In this document: one piece after another, positions 8,463 to 18,028 of the stretch | Layout: every line of letters starts with the position of its first letter | How positions within the stretch are numbered: the stretch's first letter is position 1 | Source of the DNA: Pseudomonadota bacterium | Lineage (GTDB): Bacteria; Pseudomonadota; Gammaproteobacteria; Burkholderiales; Burkholderiaceae_D | Direction: 5' to 3' | Length of the DNA: 64,000 nt | NCBI GenBank assembly: GCA_040390835.1 | Contig: JAZJXP010000054.1 | Span: 13,121-77,120, forward strand | The notes under the pieces: model-generated | The model's database searches: none | Told to the model about the DNA's origin: nothing | Seen by the model: the letters and a program-made list of their open reading frames with translations, nothing else | Position numbers and translations under genes: made by a program

Positions 8463-10610
8463 ATGAGGGCTTGCATGTGGCAGCTTCAACTACCTAAATG
8501 GCACACCAGTCTGGTACTGGGTTTGCTGGCTATCGTCTTGCTATGCATGAACACGATGGCACATGCACAAACTAAGCCTCAACCTGATTTTTCTGAGATA
8601 GAAGCAATACATACGCTGTCTGACCGTGACAATACCGCAGCACTCAAACAACTGCAGGAATACAAAGACAAATTAGGCAAGGACGCAGATTATGTCTTGC
8701 GCGCCGAAGTCTTGAAGACGTTGATAGGCATCTTGTATGACGCTGGCAAGATCAAGGAAGCCGATGCCGCCAATACAGAGTTATTGCAATTGGCCAGGTC
8801 ACAAAAAGACAATGACATGATCAATATGGCTTTGTTGGGCGTAGCCTTTCAGATGCTGGATCAGGGCAAGTTTGCCATGGCACTGGTGAAGCTCAATGAT
8901 ATACAACAAAGTCTGCGTGACTCAAAAAATGCAGAAGTGCTCATGCGCCTGAATATCGCCTTCGGCATGGTGCAACTGGCGATAGGTAATTTTGATAAAT
9001 CCCTGCCGTATTTTCTTGAGGCGCTGAAGCTGGCAGATCAGATACCAAGACGGCGTGCCCAGGCCAAGATGTACCGCATGGAATCCATCGCCAGGTTGTA
9101 CCTGAATATGCATAACGCTGAAAAGGCTCTGGAAACCGCCAATGATGCATTGGCCATGCAACCTAAAATAGAGTCACCCAAGATAATTTCATCACTACAA
9201 ATGGCACGTGGCCTGGCCCTGATAGACCTGGGGCGCCATGATGAAGCCCTGGAAGCTTACAAGACAGTATTGCAGATATCCACGGAAGCTGGCATGCCTG
9301 CCGTGGCAGCAACAGCGCTGGGTAATATTGCTGACTATTACCTGCACGTGCGCAAGTTCGCCGAGGCTGAACGTGCGGCTCGTTTTTCATTGGAAAAAGC
9401 CCAGGCCGTGAATGACCCCTTTGCAATAGCTATCGCCAAAGCGAATATAGGTTTTGCCCTGGCTGGACAAAAGAAATTTTCCCAGGGGATAGGCTTCATC
9501 AACGAAGCCAAGAAGTTTTTCATGCAGACAGGCTCCAAGTCGGATGTGGAAAACCTGCTCAGTGAAATCGGTAATATGTATGAAGCCGCTGATATGTATA
9601 AAGAGGCGCTGGCAATCGTACGTGAGCAGCAAAAGCTCAGTGACGAATTATTCCGTTCTGACCGCGCGCGTGCCGTAGCGACCTTGCAAGAACAATTCAA
9701 TGCCCAGCAAAGACAAAAACAGATTGAATTGCTGGCGCGTGAAAATGAGCTCAAGGATGCCGACATCAAAAACCGCCAGTTGCAGCAAGTGGTGTTGATG
9801 CTGGCTGCCATCATCATGGTGATGGTGGGTGTGGTCGTCTTCTTCTTGTACAGACGGGTACGCAAGACCAATGAGAAATTGCGCGAAGTGAATGAACAAC
9901 TTGAATTTCATGCCGTGCGTGATCCCCTGACTGGTTTATATAACCGCCGCTCTTTCGTCGATATGATGAAGGGCAGGGCCATATTGCCGGAAGGTGAAAG
10001 ACGCGAAGATGCACTCGATAATCCAGACTGTTTAATCCTCATGGATATCGATCATTTTAAAAATATCAATGACAGCTTTGGTCATGCAACCGGTGATGCG
10101 GTGCTTATAGAAGTGGCACGCCGTTTGCGCAGTACAGTGCGCGACAGTGACATGGTGTTGCGCTGGGGTGGAGAAGAGTTTTTGATTTATTCCCCGCGCT
10201 CTAACTCTGCACAACTCAAGGGACTGGTAGAACGTATTTTGCGCAGCATAGGTGAACAGAACATCGAAGTCGAGGGAGCCAGCGTTCCTGTTACCCTGAC
10301 CGCAGGTTTCATCAGCCTGCCGTTTTCGGGCTTGCCAGAAGCAGTCTGTAATTGGGAAAAAGCCCTGCAAATTGCCGACATGGCACTCTATCTGGGCAAG
10401 GTCAATGGGCGTAATCGCGCCTATGGCGTCAGCAAATTATTGATTGCCTATGAAGAAGCCTTACCGGTGCTGGACCATGATTTATCAGCTGCCATCAAGG
10501 CAGGTATGGTCGAGTTGGTAGAAGTGCATGGGCCAGTGAAACTGCCAGAAAGCAATCTTGCCGCGTCGTCAACAGTGCAAGATGCGGAATTGGTCAGTGA
10601 CATCAAATAA
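8463..10610 (+). CDS. Diguanylate cyclase with N-terminal exported TPR-like domain (signal peptide-TPR-coiled coil-TM-GGDEF)
   Basis: 715-aa ORF. It has a signal peptide (LLAIVLLCMNTMAHA/Q) followed by about 400 aa of helical repeats with a TPR-like A/L/Y periodicity. A TM segment (VVLMLAAIIMVMVGVVVFFLY) precedes the GGDEF domain, which has an intact GGEEF and an RDSD I-site. Confidence 0.85.
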   Translation: MRACMWQLQLPKWHTSLVLGLLAIVLLCMNTMAHAQTKPQPDFSEIEAIHTLSDRDNTAALKQLQEYKDKLGKDADYVLRAEVLKTLIGILYDAGKIKEADAANTELLQLARSQKDNDMINMALLGVAFQMLDQGKFAMALVKLNDIQQSLRDSKNAEVLMRLNIAFGMVQLAIGNFDKSLPYFLEALKLADQIPRRRAQAKMYRMESIARLYLNMHNAEKALETANDALAMQPKIESPKIISSLQMARGLALIDLGRHDEALEAYKTVLQISTEAGMPAVAATALGNIADYYLHVRKFAEAERAARFSLEKAQAVNDPFAIAIAKANIGFALAGQKKFSQGIGFINEAKKFFMQTGSKSDVENLLSEIGNMYEAADMYKEALAIVREQQKLSDELFRSDRARAVATLQEQFNAQQRQKQIELLARENELKDADIKNRQLQQVVLMLAAIIMVMVGVVVFFLYRRVRKTNEKLREVNEQLEFHAVRDPLTGLYNRRSFVDMMKGRAILPEGERREDALDNPDCLILMDIDHFKNINDSFGHATGDAVLIEVARRLRSTVRDSDMVLRWGGEEFLIYSPRSNSAQLKGLVERILRSIGEQNIEVEGASVPVTLTAGFISLPFSGLPEAVCNWEKALQIADMALYLGKVNGRNRAYGVSKLLIAYEEALPVLDHDLSAAIKAGMVELVEVHGPVKLPESNLAASSTVQDAELVSDIK

Positions 10611-10686
10611 AGCACCTGAGTTTAAAAAAGTCGTATAATCTGCCGTCGTCGTGGTTCTGGAGCATTTCAGAACCCGAAGAAAAATG

Positions 10687-12775
<2,089 letters not shown>

Positions 12776-12777
12776 CC

Positions 12778-12978
12778 ATGGTGGAGATACAGCTCAACGG
12801 AGAAAAGCGGCAACTGGCGAGTACGCTGCTGATGGATTTGATTGCGGAATTGAATCTGTCGCAGCAGGCGATTGCGGTGGCGGTGAATAGACAGATTATT
12901 CCTAAGTCACAGTGGACAGAACATCAGTTGCGAGTGGATGACAAAGTGGATGTGGTGCGCGCTATTGGGGGCGGCTGA
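12778..12978 (+). CDS. thiS: Sulfur-carrier protein ThiS
   Basis: 66 aa, ending in ...VRAIGGG (C-terminal Gly-Gly). It starts 3 nt after the thiC stop, which is the typical size and position for thiS. Confidence 0.85.
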   Translation: MVEIQLNGEKRQLASTLLMDLIAELNLSQQAIAVAVNRQIIPKSQWTEHQLRVDDKVDVVRAIGGG

Positions 12979-12986
12979 TTTTTTAG

Positions 12987-13075
12987 CTCCTTCTCTTTCA
13001 AGGGGAGATTTGTGGGAATTCGCAAAGCATGCTTTGCGAAACCCCGACTCCCTCCCCTTGAAGGGGAGGGGATAG
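12987..13075. repeat. Palindromic repeat cluster upstream of the DUF559 gene
   Basis: Three elements are present. A degenerate copy CTCCTTCTCTTTCAAGGGGAG lies at 12987-13007. A perfect 22-bp palindrome TTCGCAAAGCATGCTTTGCGAA lies at 13019-13040. A 21-nt palindrome CCCTCCCCTTGAAGGGGAGGG lies at 13050-13070. Confidence 0.7.
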
Positions 13076-13097
13076 TAAATCTAAGCTGATCTGGAAT

Positions 13098-13463
13098 ATG
13101 AAAAACGCCGCCAACGAAAATTTAATCAAAACAGCAAAAGTTTTGCGTAAAAACATGACCGATGCCGAGAAAAAATTATGGCAAGGCTTGCGCGGTGATC
13201 AGCTAGGCGTAAAGTTCAGACGACAATATCCATATCAGCATTTTGTACTGGATTTTGTGTGCCTGGAAAAGCATCTGGTGATTGAAGTTGATGGTGGGCA
13301 GCACGCTGAAGCACAGGCATATGACATGCATAGAACTGAAGTGTTGAAGAAGGCAGGTTTTACCGTCTTACGTTTTTGGAATAATCAGGTACTTAATGAA
13401 ACCTCTGCTGTGATGGAAGATATCTGGCGGCATGTGACTCAAGAAGAAACTAAGGAAGACTGA
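13098..13463 (+). CDS. DUF559 (Vsr-like endonuclease fold) domain protein
   Basis: 121 aa. LRKNMTDAEKKLWQGLRG..GVKFRRQYPY..FVLDFVC..LVIEVDGGQH...LRFWNNQVLNE is the characteristic DUF559 pattern. Confidence 0.85.
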   Translation: MKNAANENLIKTAKVLRKNMTDAEKKLWQGLRGDQLGVKFRRQYPYQHFVLDFVCLEKHLVIEVDGGQHAEAQAYDMHRTEVLKKAGFTVLRFWNNQVLNETSAVMEDIWRHVTQEETKED

Positions 13464-13470
13464 GAGCATT

Positions 13471-13583
13471 CCCTCCCCTTCAAGGGGAGGGTTAGGGTGG
13501 GGATGGGTTTCAGTTGATAAAACAAGCATGTAGTTTGCTAAAGAAACCCATCCCCATCCCCGCCTTCCCCTTGAAGGGGAAGG
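13471..13583. repeat. Palindromic repeat cluster downstream of the DUF559 gene
   Basis: CCCTCCCCTTCAAGGGGAGGG at 13471-13491 is the exact reverse complement of the 13050-13070 copy. A long hairpin is formed by TGGGGATGGGTTTC (13498-13511) and GAAACCCATCCCCA (13543-13556). A related palindrome CCTTCCCCTTGAAGGGGAAGG lies at 13563-13583. Confidence 0.7.
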
Positions 13584-13657
13584 AGTTGCACCGCAATTTG
13601 TACAAGTATTCCCTTATCGGTGCGCAAGTAAAAATAATTTCCCCAATGTCGGAGAAA

Positions 13658-14452
13658 ATGATGAACACAGAAAACACTCAAGGCCTAACCATAGCCGGCA
13701 AAACCTACCGCTCCCGCCTCCTGGTCGGCAGCGGCAAATACAAAGACCTGGAACAAACCCGTCTGGCGACAGAAGCCAGTGGTGCCGAGATCATCACGGT
13801 GGCGATACGCCGTGTGAACATAGGTCAAGATCCGAACGCACCCAGCTTGCTGGACGTAGTGCCACCCAGCAAATACACCATACTGCCTAACTCTGCCGGT
13901 TGCTATAACGCCGAAGATGCGGTGTACACCTTGCGACTGGGACGTGAATTATTAGGTGGTCACAAACTGTGCAAGTTGGAAGTACTGGGCGACGAGAAAA
14001 CCCTGTTCCCGAATATGCCTGAAACTCTGAAGGCGGCCAAAACTTTGGTACAGGATGGTTTTGATGTCATGGTGTATTGCAGCGATGACCCGATACAGGC
14101 ACGCATGCTGGAAGACATAGGCTGCGTTGCCATCATGCCGCTGGCATCATTGATAGGCTCTGGCATGGGTATTTTGAATCCTTGGAATCTGTCACTGATT
14201 ATCGAACAGTGCAAGGTGCCGGTACTGGTGGATGCTGGTGTCGGCACAGCATCTGATGCCGCCATCGCTATGGAGCTGGGTTGTGACGGGGTGTTGATGA
14301 ATACCGCGATTGCCGGTGCCAAAGACCCGGTACGCATGGCACGTGCCATGGGTCTGGCGGTCGAAGCCGGGCGTGAAGCATTCCTTGCAGGCCGTATGCC
14401 GCGCAAGTTTGCCGCGTCACCGTCTTCTCCCATGGCTGGCCGCATTGTTTGA
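13658..14452 (+). CDS. thiG: Thiazole synthase ThiG
   Basis: Conserved ThiG sequence ([21 protein letters not shown]...KLEVLGD...[11 protein letters not shown]...[10 protein letters not shown]). The start is uncertain among 13646, 13658 and 13661. GGAG at 13651-13654 favours 13658 or 13661. The 5' part of the tracked ORF (13514) only translates the repeats. Confidence 0.9.
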   Translation: MMNTENTQGLTIAGKTYRSRLLVGSGKYKDLEQTRLATEASGAEIITVAIRRVNIGQDPNAPSLLDVVPPSKYTILPNSAGCYNAEDAVYTLRLGRELLGGHKLCKLEVLGDEKTLFPNMPETLKAAKTLVQDGFDVMVYCSDDPIQARMLEDIGCVAIMPLASLIGSGMGILNPWNLSLIIEQCKVPVLVDAGVGTASDAAIAMELGCDGVLMNTAIAGAKDPVRMARAMGLAVEAGREAFLAGRMPRKFAASPSSPMAGRIV

Positions 14453-14473
14453 TATTCGTTTGATGGTCATTTG

Positions 14474-15292
14474 ATGAAATCGATAACGCGTCCCTGTGTA
14501 CTGGTGTTCGCCGGACATGATCCCAGTGGCGGCGCTGGCGTACAGGCCGACATAGAAGCCATCGCCGCACAGGGCGCGCATGCCTTGCCGGTGATTACTG
14601 CACTGACAGTGCAAGACAATGACCATGCCTATGCCGTGCATGCTGTTGATGTACAAATCATCTTGCAACAAGCCATGACCCTGGTGGCCAAGATACCGGT
14701 CAAGGTCATCAAACTAGGCATCGTTGCGCACAAAAAAAATGCGACAGCGATTGCCAGCTTTATCCAGAAGATGAAACAACAGCATGCTGATCTGCAAGTC
14801 ATTGTTGATCCTGTGTTGGGCAGCGGTCACGGTGACAGTTTGTCGCTGGACGATGCAGTCGAAGCGATACAGCCTTTACTGAAAGTCGCAACACTGGTCA
14901 CACCTAATTTACCTGAGTTGAAACGCTTGTCACCATTGGCTGTTGATATACAGACGCAAGTAGAAAACCTGATGCAAAACACCAGCGCAGATGTCTTGTT
15001 AAAAGGCGGACATGCAACAGAAGCACAAGTAAAAAACATCTGGTTCCAGCATGGTCAATGGCAGACCGCACAAGAATGGTTGTGGCCGCGCTTGCCTGGT
15101 GAATTCCATGGCAGCGGTTGTACATTGGCATCAGCAATTGCCGGACAGCTGGCAATCGGCGCAGCTTTGCCAGGCGCATTGCAACAAGCTCAAAGCTATA
15201 CACAGCAAAGTCTGTTACATGCGTATGCGATAGCAGCAGGGCAGCTCATACCGGCACGTCAGCCATTGCTGAATACAAGGAAAAAATCATGA
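14474..15292 (+). CDS. thiD: Hydroxymethylpyrimidine/phosphomethylpyrimidine kinase ThiD
   Basis: VLVFAGHDPSGGAGVQADIEA..KLGIV...LVTPNLPE..LLKGGH..GSGCTLASAIA are ThiD hallmarks. Confidence 0.9.
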   Translation: MKSITRPCVLVFAGHDPSGGAGVQADIEAIAAQGAHALPVITALTVQDNDHAYAVHAVDVQIILQQAMTLVAKIPVKVIKLGIVAHKKNATAIASFIQKMKQQHADLQVIVDPVLGSGHGDSLSLDDAVEAIQPLLKVATLVTPNLPELKRLSPLAVDIQTQVENLMQNTSADVLLKGGHATEAQVKNIWFQHGQWQTAQEWLWPRLPGEFHGSGCTLASAIAGQLAIGAALPGALQQAQSYTQQSLLHAYAIAAGQLIPARQPLLNTRKKS

Positions 15293-15933
15293 ACAAAATG
15301 AGCATTCATCAATTGAGCGGTTTATATATCGTCACACCTGATTGGGATGATACTGATAAGTTGCTAAGCATTACTGAACAGGCTTTGCAAGGCGGTGCGA
15401 ATATCGTGCAATACCGCCACAAGACTGCCAGTGCAGAGCTGCGCAAGAATCAGGCGCTGGCTTTGCTGGAACTGTGCCGCAGTTTTAATAAACCCTTCAT
15501 CATCAATGACCATCTGGAACTCTGCCTGGAAATCGATGCCGATGGTTTGCATGTAGGCGGCACAGATATCTCGGTAGCAGATGCCAGAATAAAACTGGGG
15601 CCTGACAAGATACTGGGTGCATCCTGTTATGGCGATCTGGAACTGGCACATACTGCCATCAAGGGTGGTGCCAACTATATTGCCTTTGGTGGCTTCTATC
15701 CTTCCCGCATCAAGAAATATGCTGTGACTACGCCTGCCAGCATCGTCGGTTGTGCGGTAAAAGAATTTGATGTGCCCAATGTCGTTATCGGCGGCATGAC
15801 ACTGGAAAACTGCCAGCCCCTGCTGGCCCAGGGGGCTGACATGGTGGCAGTGATCAGTAGTGTGTATATGACAGAACAGCCGCAAGATGCTGCGCGTGCA
15901 TTTGTGGAGCTTTTCGCTGCACGTCAGGTTTGA
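15289..15933 (+). CDS. thiE: Thiamine-phosphate synthase ThiE
   Basis: GLYIVTPDW...IVQYRHK...FIINDHLEL...ADGLHVGGTD...GASC...YIAFGGFYPS..IGGM are ThiE motifs. The ATG at 15289 overlaps the thiD stop (ATGA). Confidence 0.9.
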   Translation: MNKMSIHQLSGLYIVTPDWDDTDKLLSITEQALQGGANIVQYRHKTASAELRKNQALALLELCRSFNKPFIINDHLELCLEIDADGLHVGGTDISVADARIKLGPDKILGASCYGDLELAHTAIKGGANYIAFGGFYPSRIKKYAVTTPASIVGCAVKEFDVPNVVIGGMTLENCQPLLAQGADMVAVISSVYMTEQPQDAARAFVELFAARQV

Positions 15934-15945
15934 CAGCGGGAGGAT

Positions 15946-16677
15946 TTATTTTGTTTCGCCTTCAGCTTCTTTGTTAGCAGACGCAGCTGCTTGCGGCTCC
16001 AGGTCTTCAACCTTCAATAATTCTGCCGTGGTCAGGATGCCTACGCTGATGATATCGTGGCCTTCTATGGTTTCGCATTTGCGTGGATTGGCCAGTGTGC
16101 CTTCCGTGCAAAAGCGTATATTGCCTTTCTTCTTGTCAGCGCCCGGATAATAGAACAGCATCATGTCACTGGCTTTTTTGATATACATGGCCTGATCCAG
16201 CAATTCTTCCGGGAATTTGCCATCGGTGGCTTTTAATAACCATTCACGCAATTTGGGTATGGCTTCGGTGCTGACTTCGCGGGTTTCTTTATTGTGTGGT
16301 CCATGAAAACCCAGTCGTGTGCGTGCCAGATTCTTGCTATCGAGCATGCGCCTTTCCGTGCCTGCCATGAACATGATGGCGCAAGAAGAAAAGCAATTCC
16401 CCTGGACTGCAGTATTGATTTTTCTACCTTTGATAAGCTGGGCTATGCCATATGCGGCACTCAGGTCACCGCCAGGGCTTTCAGTCAACACGACATTGTG
16501 CACTTCACCGCCTGACAGATTGCGGCGAAATCGCTGTGTGTCATCCGCTTCCACCTTGCCATATAAAATTAAAGTGTCATTTGAGCGCAGCATAGTCATG
16601 GCCGCAGCAGGCAGGTTGTACGAAATCATGGCAGCAGCCAGCAAGGTCAGCAAAGGATTCAGGCGTAGCGTCATCAT
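15946..16677 (-). CDS. Exported hypothetical protein
   Basis: 243-aa ORF with a signal peptide (LLTLLAAAMISYNLPAAA/M). It may be a ClpP/crotonase-like periplasmic fold (LTESPGGDL..AAYGIAQLI), but this is only weakly supported. Confidence 0.55.
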   Translation of the reverse strand: MMTLRLNPLLTLLAAAMISYNLPAAAMTMLRSNDTLILYGKVEADDTQRFRRNLSGGEVHNVVLTESPGGDLSAAYGIAQLIKGRKINTAVQGNCFSSCAIMFMAGTERRMLDSKNLARTRLGFHGPHNKETREVSTEAIPKLREWLLKATDGKFPEELLDQAMYIKKASDMMLFYYPGADKKKGNIRFCTEGTLANPRKCETIEGHDIISVGILTTAELLKVEDLEPQAAASANKEAEGETK

Positions 16678-16736
16678 TCAGGAAGAAAAATAATTGAAGC
16701 CGCATTATCCTTTGCCTGGACTGACCGGGCAATACC

Positions 16737-17678
16737 CTATTGAATGTGATCAAGTTGTGCCATCGCATGCAATAATTTGCTGGCAGTTTCTGTACTGGCT
16801 GTTTGCATGGGCGCGCGCAGGCAGGCTTGCATTGCGCCCGATGCCGCCAGGGCTGCTTTTAAAGGAGCGGGGTTGGGTTCTTCAAATAGTGCCTGCATGA
16901 CCGGCAGCAAGTGATAGAAAATTACTCTGGCTTGTTCAAGTTGACCTGCATTGATCTGTGCCTGCAAACGCAGGAACAGGTCAGGACGCAGATGCGCTGA
17001 TGCCAGTATGCCGCCTGCGCCACCTAGACATAAGGTGGAAAACAATTGATGGTCTTCCCCCGCGAGCACTTGAATATCCCCATCCATGATGAGCTGCATG
17101 CTAGCTTGCAGATTGCCACCACAATCCTTGATGGCGACGATGTTGGGATGTCTGGCCAGTTGCTGCAAGGTGGGTAATTCCATATTCACGCCAGTGCGGT
17201 AAGGAATGTTATACAGCAGCACCGGCACAGCAGAGGCATCAGCAATTTCATGGAAGTATTGCAAGATGCCTGTCTGCGATGGCCGTATGTAATACGGTGG
17301 TGTCACAAGTACACCTGCGACCTGTCTTTGTCCTACTGATGCGAGCCTGTGCAAGACTTGTCCCATGTGATTGCCGCTCAAGCCCATGATGACTTGATGG
17401 GCTGGAGCAACAGCCAGCACGGCATCCAGCACTTGCAACTGTTCATCTTCACTAAGTGCTGCTGCTTCTCCAGTTGAGCCGCACACCACCAGGCCAGCGA
17501 CACCATCGGCGATCAGTTTGCTGGCCAATGCCTGTAGCGCAGGGAAATCCACTTCCGCCTTTGCGCTGGCACAAAACGGTGTGACCAGTGCGACCCAGAT
17601 GCCGGAAAAATCAGTGCGTCTGGTCTGATGGCCTGATTCAATAAATGTATTGCTGGAATTGCTGATGCTGCTGGACAT
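16737..17678 (-). CDS. Dihydrodipicolinate synthase family (DapA-like) lyase
   Basis: 313 aa. GIWVALVTPF...GLVVCGSTGEAAALS...PPYY...YNIPYRTG...IKDCGG fits the DapA/NAL family. A paralog cannot be distinguished from a true dapA. Confidence 0.8.
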   Translation of the reverse strand: MSSSISNSSNTFIESGHQTRRTDFSGIWVALVTPFCASAKAEVDFPALQALASKLIADGVAGLVVCGSTGEAAALSEDEQLQVLDAVLAVAPAHQVIMGLSGNHMGQVLHRLASVGQRQVAGVLVTPPYYIRPSQTGILQYFHEIADASAVPVLLYNIPYRTGVNMELPTLQQLARHPNIVAIKDCGGNLQASMQLIMDGDIQVLAGEDHQLFSTLCLGGAGGILASAHLRPDLFLRLQAQINAGQLEQARVIFYHLLPVMQALFEEPNPAPLKAALAASGAMQACLRAPMQTASTETASKLLHAMAQLDHIQ

Positions 17679-18028
17679 GCCTGTTCTCCTGTGGACCGGT
17701 TAAAAGACCCGCAGGGAGTTGACACATAGCATAAGGGAAGAAACCGATTTGCCATCCTGTCAGCTCACCTGACGGGACAGCACGCCCCGGTCAGATGAGC
17801 GTCTGTTTCTTGGCTTTAGCAAAGACCATACACAAAGCAGTGCTGCCTTGTGTGTGTAATTGATCTTTGACTTGAGTTTGCATAATGAAAATGAGAATGA
17901 AATTTCTATTGCGATGGAGATGATTATCTGCGGATGGGATGTAGCTTGTCAAGGCTTCATCTCGCAAGAAATTTTTTTGTCTGGAAGTGGCTTAAAGCGG
18001 ACATGGCATAGTCCCGTATAATCCGTCT

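Noticed and set aside
13514-13657. 5' extension of the tracked thiG ORF ([24 protein letters not shown]...)
   Set aside because: It only translates the palindromic repeats. ThiG homology starts near 13646-13661.
17679-17830. Possible riboswitch or leader upstream of the DapA-like gene (minus strand)
   Set aside because: Only one imperfect hairpin is present (CCTGTCAG-ctcac-CTGACGGG). There is no match to the lysine, glycine or guanidine riboswitch cores that I know.
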